From contig NMRA01000200.1 in NCBI GenBank assembly GCA_002633005.1, positions 592,527-656,526 of the forward strand: a stretch of DNA of 64,000 bases. Direction: 5' to 3'. The notes beneath the pieces are model-generated. The model was not told where the DNA came from. It did not search any database and was given only the letters and a program-made list of their open reading frames with translations. The translations under genes and the position numbers were made by a program. The DNA comes from Phoronis australis. Lineage: Eukaryota; Animalia; Phoronida. This document shows positions 12,901 through 24,900 of the stretch, in pieces (within the stretch, counting starts at the first letter, position 1; the number at the start of each line of letters is the position of its first letter).

Positions 12901-15900
12901 CACGTGAGCAATACATGGCTCACAACTGAACGCAATTCATGAACAACCTTTGACTCAATATTGGACACAACTCGAGAACAACCCTTTGCTCAACACTAGA
13001 CACAACTCATTAGCAACCCTTAACTCAACATTGTACAACTCACAAACATCTCTTGTCTCAATACTGGACACAACTCACAAAAAACCCTTGCCTAAACACA
13101 TGGACACAATCAAGAACAACCCTTGCTCAACACTAAACATAACTCATGAACAACCCTTGGCTCAACACAGGACATAACTCATGAACAACCCTTGGCTCAA
13201 CACAGGACATAACTCATGAACAACCCTTGCTCAACACTGGACACAACTCATGAACAACTCTTGACTCATCACTGGACACAACTTATGAACAACCCTTACT
13301 CAAAACTGTACACAACTTATGAAAAACCCTTGGCTCAACATCAGAAGCCAGCGAAGTTAGTAACTCAAAATCATGCCCAGACTCAACACAAGGCAGTAGC
13401 TCCTTACTTGGACATCCTTTGAATCCTGGCCCAAGTGAGGCTGTTTTACCATCAGGACAACAACCGTGATCAGAATCATTACACGTCTTAACCTCCTGCG
13501 GACAGCACTTATTAAAGTCTGGTCCCTTGTGACAGTAGGAGCCTTCAGGACAGCTGTCTCCGGCAAAATCACAGTCATAGTCCTCACCAGTGCTAGGTTT
13601 ACGTAACGGTTCATTTCCATCACAAGCTTCTTCGTAATAATCTGAAAATCAACAACACATCTTAATACGAATTGCAAACAGAACTTTAGTCTGCCTTCAC
13701 ACAAAAAGCAGTCAAATCAAGTCACATAACACAAAAATGCATACAGTAAAACTGTATGGTACTTAGTATGCCTCAAGATATCATACAACAAAAAAGATAC
13801 ACAGGAGCTCAAACATTTACTTAATGGCTGCATACACCCGACTTGTGAACATTTTGGTTAATCCCCATGTTCACATAAGCACCCAACCACTACTTTCAAA
13901 ATTTTTGTGCCCACCGCTTCTGGGAAATTTCAGCGTCCACTGTTTGGGCTAGTGCCCACCCGTAATTTGCTTCATTGAACTGATTTTCAAAACAGTACGG
14001 CAGGGTTTCAAATGCAGAAACCACATAAATATTTTCCAATGCAGTGCACTTGCCGTCCATCACTGGCCACACCAAGGACATTGGTCGCATTGTTGAAACT
14101 GATACCAAGGTAGTTAATTACATTCTCCAGTCCACACTACTATTGTCAAAAAGAATCATTCCATTATCGCAGTTTTAAGGGCCAAATTCTGGTCTTGTTT
14201 ACCACTTAAGCCAAAGTAACAGGCATGTTGAAGTCAGATGACAATTTGTAGCTGACCTATTTTTCCATATACGGCAAGTATTCAGTGCCAAGGGAGCCAA
14301 CTCAAATTGCCCGATAGTGGAAATCTGCACAAAGTTGAAGTATTTCCAGGCATTTTATTTCATGAAAAACTAATTATTGAATACGTAGCCAAGATACAAA
14401 ATTTTGCATTGCATCATTCCAGCATGTATCAGGGCATACAATGCCTCGTAGACATTTTTTGACAGGAAGTTTTCAATCATTTGAGTCGCAAACTTCTAAC
14501 TGATAAGAATTCATCTAACTTTGCAACTTCAATGACTTTGATGACATGATTCATATGGCAGCTCAGTCCTCGAAATTTGGGGAGTGTTTTTTCATCATAA
14601 CATTTTTTTTTCAAGGTGGACAAAGTGGATATACTTAAATTCATGTGCCGGTTAGAGAGCGCTGATTCAACACACATCACATTTTTGTAACGCTGAGCCC
14701 ACTCCTCAACCACCAATCTTCACTCAAGGCCATGGCATTCAACATTTCTACTATTATTTTCATGTGATAGTCAGCGACAATAAAAACAACAACAATACCA
14801 AAAACACTGACATCTTACCATCACAGTTGTCCATAGACTGTATGGTGATTAGTTTCTGTTGCAGACAAGACTCTTCACTTAGTTGACATTTACTGGCAAA
14901 CATCCTGCCATCTGAACCACACACTGGCGACCTGTAAAACACGGCCCCTTTAGTAATTTTACATTTGAAGTTTTAACTAGCATTGCATCTGTCCAGAGAG
15001 GAATACAAAACATAACAGAATGTTTACAACAAGGTAGTCACAGACACCAATACCCCCTCCCCAAAGGTACTGTAGAGAGTTGAGCACAAATTAAAGAACA
15101 ACTCCCTACAAGGACACAAGAAAATTAAGAACTGGTTTAACTTCAGGGTCTTGTTTCTAAAAGAGTCTTTTGCCTAAAAATCAGTCTAGGAAGGTTTTAG
15201 CATGTTACGTGAAACTAAAAGTCAGAAACTTGGTCTGCAACTCGAAGCCAACAGACAGAAATCTGTAGCTTGCTCAGAGGCAGACTAAAAGCAAAGACAA
15301 AAAATCAACTTCTGGCAATAGCCCAAGAAAATACAGTCAAATCGCAAAATTCTGACAATACGTATTGCAGCACTTTGTAAGCACAATTTTTAGGTAGTTA
15401 GAATTTCCCTTTGAAATGCAGTAGGATTTACACAAAGAAGAACAAACACGGATGTATATGGAAATCAAGAAAAGGACAAAATTCCATAAATCATTTTGCT
15501 CTCGTCAAAAGTGGGCAATATGCCAAACTGATGCAATATTTCACAGACCATGTATCAAGAACACTACTCTGAAGACAGGTCTGTTTCCCGACAGCGCCAA
15601 CAGACCATTATAAGCATACTATAGCATACCCCAAACTGAGCCTTACCTGATGGCAGGACAGCTGAAGTTACATTGACATCCAGGTACACCCCTCTCATCA
15701 ATGTGGCAGATGCCACCGTAACGACACGTGGAGTCATCACAGACATCACCAGTAGGCAACGTACCTAGTTCAACAAAAGATCACACTTCTCCACAGTCAC
15801 AATAAACAATTGACAGTTGAGCTTCACTTTGACATTCACTAAATAAGCAAAGTATGATGAGGAACAAGGCCCGAAAGTGGGAAATAGTTAGTGTTCTAGA

Positions 15901-18900
15901 GACTGGCTCATGCTGACTATTCAGCAAGTATCATGACAGCCTGGTCAAGTGACCCCAGAATGGAACACAAAAGATGTTATATATCGGAGTTCAATTTTAA
16001 ATGAGTGTTTAAGTTATCTTCCATATCCATGAAAGTATTAAAGATTAACAGTTTAGTCAGGAAGAATAAATTATATATCAGGCATTAACATGCAGAACGT
16101 AAAACGAAGCAGATTGTTACAAACTACAGTCAATTTTTGAAAATTTATACTATGGCATAAAATTTCATTGCTCAGTTAACAAGAGCACTGCAGAGCATTA
16201 ATATGTGTCCACTGTGCATTGCAAATGATACGTTTCTAGGGGTCCTTATCGGGATCAATTAAGATACAAGGTGACAACAGTTTGGCCACAAGGGGTAGCT
16301 GCAATAGTCAAAAATTGACAATGAGTAGGTATCTCAACTTTTTACACTATTATCAAATCAAAGTTTTAAAAAATGAACAGTTTTCAATATTTTTAACAAA
16401 GAAATACACCCTGCCACAAATGGACACAGCACTAGACATCCCAAGGCAGGTGACTAGTCTACTTCTATTCATAAAGAACAATCATATGGTAAAGTTTGGT
16501 AGACACAACTTGACACAAGGGGGCACAGCACTTAGTTTAAATGTTGGAATCTGCTCAAAACTGGTAGCTGCCATAATCTCCAAAATGTAATGGCCACTAG
16601 GGGGTGCAGCTGTAAATGTAAACACTTTTCTCCACAAATCCACAAATACTGAAAAGCACTGTTCCCTGGTCCTGCGGGGAGGGGAGGGGGGGAGGTGGCA
16701 TGTACCGCGATAGTGATGCCCTGAACTTTTGTGGAATAATTCATCAAAATCCAACCATGAGTTTTTTAAGATATCAATCAGACACCTGACCGACTGGACA
16801 ACCAGATAGACAAACAACACATCCACCCACATATGCATATGTGGGCGCATAAGGATGCTTCTGTTACTACCAGACCAATCACAGAGCAATACATGACATG
16901 AATATCGCATACCTTGCCAACAACTATTCAAATTCCATTTTGAAGCCAATAACGCATTGAGCCCTTTCTTTAGTATGCCAAATAATGTTCATTTTGACCA
17001 ATCGAACTGTTCTCGCTACCTTACAACAGTTTTCATGACGGCCAATGTACTGTTTACTCCACAGTTGACCAGTGAAAATGTCCATGTTGGTTAGTGAACT
17101 GTTCTCTCCACATGAAAGTTATTGTTGGTAAGTGAATCACTCATTCTACTAATGACAGTTCAAATTGGCTTGCGATCCATTCACTCACATGATAGTGTTC
17201 AGGTTGGCCAAAGAACAGTTCACTCCACATACAATTAAGTGCTCATGTTGGTAAGTGAATAATATTCACTCTAAATATATATGAAATTGGGTCGGTTAGA
17301 GAATCGTTCCCTCTACATCTCTGTGTTCATGTTGACTTGTGATCTGTTCTCTACATTTGGCACGCGTATTCAAACTCGAGTGTTGCACTATGAATAAAAA
17401 GTCATGAGCAGCGTTCGGAATACACACTGGACCGGTGGCCAGGGGCCAGTGGATTTGCGGCCAGTCCAGTAAACTTTCACATATGGGTCCTATGTGGATG
17501 TCGTCTCATTATTCAAATAACAGGCCCGGCGGGCCAGCACATTTATTTGTTGAAGGTCGAACACTGGTTATGAGCAATGTTTAAAACTTAGAGATCCATC
17601 TTGAAAAAGGCCGCATTTTGTCTGCTTTAAAAGAAAAATGGTTTCAATTGTTGTGCATAGTGCTTTTATTCTTTTCTTGTAGAAAAAATTATAGTGACAT
17701 GCTCAGCAAATCAAAATAATGCGTACAACACATGTAGTTGTTATTGTGAATTCACAGAAGGAAGATAAGGACACAAAAACAGTTGTACAACTTGTACCAT
17801 GTTTGGATTTTTGATCAGAGAGAGCCCTACGGCAGTTTTCATGTAATAGCTAATGAACCGTTCATTTTGCATGTAACTGTTCACTTTGGCTAGCAAACAG
17901 TTCATTGACTGTGTTCACATTGACCATTGAACTACTCATTACACATGACAGTGCTCATATTGACCTGTGAATCGTTCACAGTGTGAATGTAACAGTGGAT
18001 TAGCATGCAGGTGTGTGGAGAGGCATGCAGTGAGCCTACCAGAGCCTGAGCCAGACATATCTTCCTCACACTCTTCCATTTCCACCACAGTCAGCTTGAT
18101 GCCCAGTTCACAGGCTGCACGTTGCATCATACATCTGTTATCGTATGTTACTCCATTACTGGCACAGACCACATCTCGGTAGTTAGGACAGGTCTTGGGA
18201 CAGACACAGACCCCACTGTCGCACACAGCATTGTTCTCACACACAACATCTTTACATTTATCTGCAATACAGTCAGAAACATTATTTTACTATCAACAAC
18301 TTGCACTATCACTAAACAATCATAGCAAACATCAACCAATTAAGACATATAATAGAGTCCGCCAGTAAAGTATGTGACTTGCTGAATTCCATAATTATAC
18401 TTAATATTCCCCTTGACTTTCAAAGTTATCAGCTGAAATGGAAACATTTTATACAGAATGCATTTTGCTCTACATTTCCCAAAGCTTCACTGATTCATTC
18501 TCCGCCCATGTGCAACTTAAGACACAAGGTGTGCATATTTACAACGGCATATCTCTTGCTTTAGAAGTGTCCAAACTCACCACATTTGCCTTTGTATGAG
18601 ACCAGGACAAGTTGCTGTTTTTTGCAGGAAGCTAGTTCCAGTTCACATTCATTGTTGTAGCCAATACCATCAGTACCACAAACAGGTTTATAGTCCTGAA
18701 AGGAATACATATAGTGCCATACTAAAACTTAGCACAATTTCAAACAGCCATTACAATCAACACCTAGTATCACCAAATGATGAGAAACACGAGTTATAGT
18801 GGCACAGTCCATAGATCTATCCCTTGTCCACTATTTCCTTTGGGCTATCTAATACCTTCAAGTCAGACAACAGAGGCTTTCGAGGCAAACGTTCATGAAG

Positions 18901-21900
18901 AAATTTAGAGAAGTTCACTAGCAATGTCAGCATATTATCACGATTTTCAATTTGTGTGTAGCAACCAGGATTCCGAAAGGAGGTACATATATTTTTGTAC
19001 CACACTGAGACAACAAACTGTTAGTGAACCGCAATGAGAAGATCAACACACTGTTTCTGCACCACATTGAGACAATCAACACACTGTTTGTGTAACCACA
19101 CTGAGACAACCAACACACTGTTGGCATACCATACTGAAACAACACACCGTCTGTGTACCAGACTGAGCCAATCAAAACTATGTTTCATCCTTACCTAAGT
19201 AGGTGCCTGTGCATGTACATTTTTGTAAAATAAACTTGTGCATTCAAAGTCACTAAGTGGTGAGACTGTCTCTTCTATGAGTAGACTCACTTTGCCAAAC
19301 AATATGTGGAAATTGACAACATTTTGTGACTCCGCACAAAAACAATTCAGCACAGCGACTATTTTCCAGAATGAAAAGCAGATTGAGTTATCAAAAATAG
19401 AAATAAGTGCTTGGTACAGCTTTTGATGTCGGATATTTTGAGTAAGACAAACAATCAAAAAGATTCCTAATCCAGAATTAGTCTTCAGAAGAAGACCCTC
19501 ACCAGCCTTTCAGTCCATTAACTTCTTTACACTATAGACATGGGCAGCCCACACCCACCAGCACCAAATAAGACCAACTAGTGCTGGATAGAGGTCTGCC
19601 TCTAGTAGCAGAGGACTTGAGAAACCACTGGCCCCTACAAGGGACTCTGCCAGGTATTTTCATTTCTCCTCCACCAAGTCTACATTGATGCTACCTCAGC
19701 TGCGGTACATATCTGACAGAACGGTTCTTGTCACGGGGTGGAAATCCTGTCTTACTGATGACAGTCCATGAAGAAGAGCCAGAGAAGCCTCTTAAGCTCC
19801 CCCACTGACAGCAAATGAATTGTCGGTGTTCCCTTTGTTTCACAATTTTTGACATAAGTCCTTGAATTCATGACTAATCCTCAATGCTAAGTTCATGTCA
19901 CGTATTATTTGTCTGAAAATACCACATTTGGTTGCATGTGGAGTTAATCTGACAGGAACAAAGAAAGATGATGCGCAAGTGCTGGCTTACAAGTAAATGA
20001 GTGCCATCAAATATATGTATAAATGAGTGCCTTCTTGAAAGTAAAAAGAAAAATAGCCATGAGTATACATATGGACAAGAGCGGCAGTAATAAACAGATA
20101 TAACTGAGAAATTTTCCGTAAAGATTCGATATTAAGCGGTGAGCGAGGGCATGCCCCGAAGTGTATAACAAAAGCATAATACTTACAAAGGTACATGTGC
20201 TACGACAAACACATTTAGCCTTCCCACCACTTGCCACACAAGTTGAGTAGTGCTCGCACTTCAACTTTTCACAGCCATCTACAATTAATAAAGCATGTCA
20301 ACCATTATATACTGTATGCTAATTCAAAAAACTATACTTTCTCATCAAATCAGCTATGAATCCTCATAATTTTGTCACTGAGAAAAAACTATAGGTGAAT
20401 CCAAATAATTTTAACTGAAGCCCACACACAATCAAATAGATCAAGAAAAAATTGCAAACTTAAATTTAACCAATTTAATGGCAACAAATGTTCCTATTGA
20501 AACATGATAGTGGTATCATTTGTAATTAGGAACACTAACTAGTGCTGTTAAAAACAAAACTTGCCATGTTAAATAAAACATAACCATGGTGGCACTGCAT
20601 AGAGGCTCTAAGGCCATACTTGATGGAAAATATTTTGTCAACAAAACAAATATTATAAATAATAGACAATCATCATGGCAGAACATAATTTGATTCTTTT
20701 GCTATCTACTCCAGTCCACCACAGCACATTAAAAGCTGGAATGTCACCTTTAACCTCAATGTAACATTGCGCTTTTGTATTATAACTGACACACAACACT
20801 CATTGATGCCTGCAAGGCTAGAGGACTGTAGAGGAGGACACATGCAGTAACACACAGACGGTTTCAAGTGAGGGGCGCAAAGCTTTGATGTGGTGAACAT
20901 ATCCCTGTAACACAGGCCAAGCGCTATAAGGAATGGGTGTCATGTTATAAGCACAGTGAATGAGAGGACTGACAGATGATATGAGATCAAAGTAGCACAT
21001 ATACCCGGTAATGTAAAATAGGCACACATGGCTGGCTTTCAAAGAGAGTTTACACAGTCAAGTGAAATGGTAGAAACTGGCAAGGAAACTATGCATTTTT
21101 ACATAGGGAATTCTGCCCTCCACAATACCAGCACACTTTCTAAACATTTACCTTTGTCCAATAAATGTTGAAATTTGCTAATACATTTTCTAGTTTTTTT
21201 CATTCCTTGTTACTATTGCAAATGCAATTGTACAATGAAATTTATGCATTTGCAATCAAGAGGGCCTTTCGCAATATGGATTTAGTATGGTGGACTAACA
21301 TTCTTTCTCAGCCACTAGAATTTAAGACCTAATGCAAAAGGTGATTTTGACTGGATTACATTTAGTACAGTGCGGTCAAAAAGGCCTGACTGAGAGCGTA
21401 CCAAAGTTGGTTTTATGAACTCCAATGAGAAAGGTTTTGTCCGGACTATTTTGCTTGAATTTCCTAAATTATATCCCCAATTTTCGCAAGTGCGGAGTTC
21501 TTTACGCCATTTTGCGCACTCTCGACGTTGTTGCTACTCAAGATACCATATCTCACAATACGAATAGAAGTGGCAATTGATTGTTAGACGAAACGGAGAT
21601 CCTTACAAGCATTTGGAACGATATCTCGTGTTAACAATAATGAAGATTCAATATTAGGGCGGTGGAGTGTCTGTCCAGTCAAGTGAGAAAGGTAACAATT
21701 TGGTATGGTAAGTTATCATGCTGATCTAAAATATGTTCCAACCACAAACTAGTCCGGACTAACTCTAATGTGAAAGCAGCTCAAACTAACCAGCCTGTTC
21801 ACCTATCTGCAATGCGGGGTTCAATAAAATATCAGAGTCAAACACATCTAAACGCTTCAGAGAACAAATTAAAGAAATAGATTCAGGAGTTGGGCGAGGA

Positions 21901-24900
21901 TTTTTCAGGGCGGGGGTGGGCTGTCTCAAAGATGTTGGTAGGGACATGTCGTCAACTTCAGAGGATATTTTTGTCTCTCCGATATAATCCCTAGAGGGTA
22001 TTTTGCTCAAGTAGATATTTTGTCTTCTCGAGTGGGTATTTTGGCATTGAAGTATCGGCTGAGATGATTCAAGCAAAATAAAAGAAAGTTGGCAGAAATG
22101 CAATAGTCCAGGATAGGGTTTTTGATCGTTTAGTATAGTATGGGGGACCCATTTTCCATATAGGCTCATATTGCACTGATCATGATTTGAAATATGACAA
22201 CATCTTCCTATCCATTAAGCCGAAAGTGGATTCATGATAAAGGTCACTTTGGGATGACATAAGACAGTGAGAGAATTAGTATCACACTACAAAGAGCTTG
22301 CCTTCTGCAGTAATATTATCAACTGAAGGAAAACCTGGAAAGAAACATTTATCAAATTACCCTAGAGCAGTGAAGACAGTACAAAGTTTATCAAATCATC
22401 AATTGTACTGTTGTTATGTCATATTGTCAACACCTGATGGAACTTAACAATCAGAGGAAATGATACATTTCTCAAAAATGCACCAAAAATGTGCAAAAGT
22501 ATCACAAAATGTGAGTACAGTAATTAGATTATACGATACAATACAATACAATCAAAATTAGCTAGCCTGTTGATCTAATTTGCACTGTGGAGTTTAATAA
22601 AATATAAATGTGATTCAAACACATTTCTAAATACTTCAGAGCCAGAATAAAAGAAGTAGATTCGGGATTTTTGTGAGGATTATTAAGTGCCTGGGGGGNN
22701 NNNNNNNNNNNNNNNNNNNNNNNNNNNNNNNNNNNNNNNNNNNNNNNNNNNNNNNNNNNNNNNNNNNNNNNNNNNNNNNNNNNNNNNNNNNNNNNNNNNN
22801 NNNNNNNNNNNNNNNNNNNNNNNNNNNNNNNNNNNNNNNGAAGGGTATTCTTGTTGAGGGTCACTTTGGGATGACATCAGAGAGTGAGTGAATTAGTGAC
22901 ACACTACAAGGAGCTTGCCTTCTGTAGTTGTAGTTGTAGTACTATTATTATCAACTACTGGAAAACCTGGAAAGAACCAGTCACCAAATTACCCTAGAAC
23001 AGTGCAAAGTTTATCAAGTCATGAATTGTGCTGTCAGTTGTTAAGTCACATTGTCAACCCCTGATGGCACTTTACAATCAATGGAAGCGACACATTCCTC
23101 AAAAATGCAACAAAAGAGTACAAAAATGTCACAACATAGGACTGCGGTAATTAGATTATACAATACAATACAATCAAAATTAACCAACCTGCATTGTGGA
23201 GTTTAATAAAATATAAATGTGATTCAAACACATATCTAAATACCTGAGAGCCAGAATTAAAGAAGTAGATTCAGGATTTGAGTGAGGATTATTCAGTGCC
23301 TGGGGGGAGTGGGGGGGTTTCTCTGAAAGGTGATGTTGGTAGGGACATGCCGTCAATTCAGGTGGGTATTTTTATGTCTCCCGATATAATTTCTAGCGAT
23401 ATGTTGCTCAAGTAGATATTTTGCGGCTTGGTGGTATCCGCTAAGATGACAGGCAAAAGAAAAGAAGGTTGACAGAAGTACTTTTGTTCGGGATAGTTTT
23501 ACATCCATTGATAGCCTTTGATAATCATTTTCTCAATGACCTAGGTACTGCACTAATCATGATTTGAAATATGACGGCATCTCCCTATCTGTTAAGCGGA
23601 AGAGTATTCATGATGAGGGCCACTTTGGTATGACATCAGACAGTGCATGAATTAGTGACACACTACAAGGAGCTTGCCTTCTGTAGTTGTAGTTGTAGTT
23701 GTAGTACTATTATTATCAACTGAAGGAAAACCTGGAAAGAAACATTCATCAAATTACCCCAGTACAGGGAAGACAGTGCAAAGTTTATCAAGTCATAAAC
23801 TGTATTGTTGTCAAGTCATATCGTAAACCCCTGAAGGCACTTTACAATCAGAGGAAGCGACACATTTCTTAAAAATGCACCAAAAGTGTGAAAAAATATC
23901 ACAACATATGACTATGGTAAATTAGACTATACAATACAATCAAAATTAACAAGACTGTTAATCTAATTTGTATTGTGGAGTTTAATAAAATATGTGATTC
24001 AAACACATATCTAAGTACTTGAAAGCCAGAATTAAACAAGCAGATTCAGGATTTGGATGAGGATTTTTCAGTGCCTGGGAGGAAGGGGGCGGTGGGGGCG
24101 GCGAGGGATGCGGGGGATATCTGAAACGAGATGTTGGTATGGACATGCCGTCAAATCAGGTGGGTATTGTGTCTCTCCGATATAATTTCTAGGCTTGGAG
24201 TAATTTGCTCAATTCGATATTTTGCCATTCTGAGAGTACTTCGGCTTTGTGGTATCAGCTAAGATGGCAGGCAAAAGAAAAGAAGGTTTATGGAAGTGGT
24301 TTAGTGTCTGGGATGGGGTTTTAGATCCTTTAATCGCCTGTGGTAATCATTTTCTCAATTGCTAAGGTACTACATTGATCACGATTTGAAATATGACGGC
24401 ATATCCGTATCCCTGAAGCGGAAGGGTATTCATGATGAGGGCCACTTTGGTATGACATCAGACATGCATGAATTAGTGACACACTACAAGGAGCTTGCCT
24501 TCTGTAGTTGTAGTTGTAGTTGTAGTACTGTTATTATCAACTGAAGGAAAACCTGAAAAGAAACATTCATCAAATTACTCGAGAACAGTGAAGACAGTGC
24601 AAAGCTTATCAAGTAATTAATTGTGCTGTTGTTAAGTCATATTGTCAACCCTTGATGGCACTTTACAATGAGAGAAAGGCAAAATTCCTCAAAAATGTAC
24701 CAAAAGTGTGCAAAAATATCACAACATATGACTACGGTAATTAGGTTATACGATACAATCAAAGTTAACCAGCCTGTTGAGCTAATTTGAATTGTGGACT
24801 TTAATAAAATATAAACGTGATTCAAACACATATCTAAATACGTGAGAGTCAGAATTTAACAAGTACGTTCAGAATTTGAGTGAGGATTATTCAGTGCCTG

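Noticed and set aside
21786-22169. 127-aa ORF in the terminal repeat unit
   Set aside because: No recognisable domain; the equivalent frame is broken in the other units.
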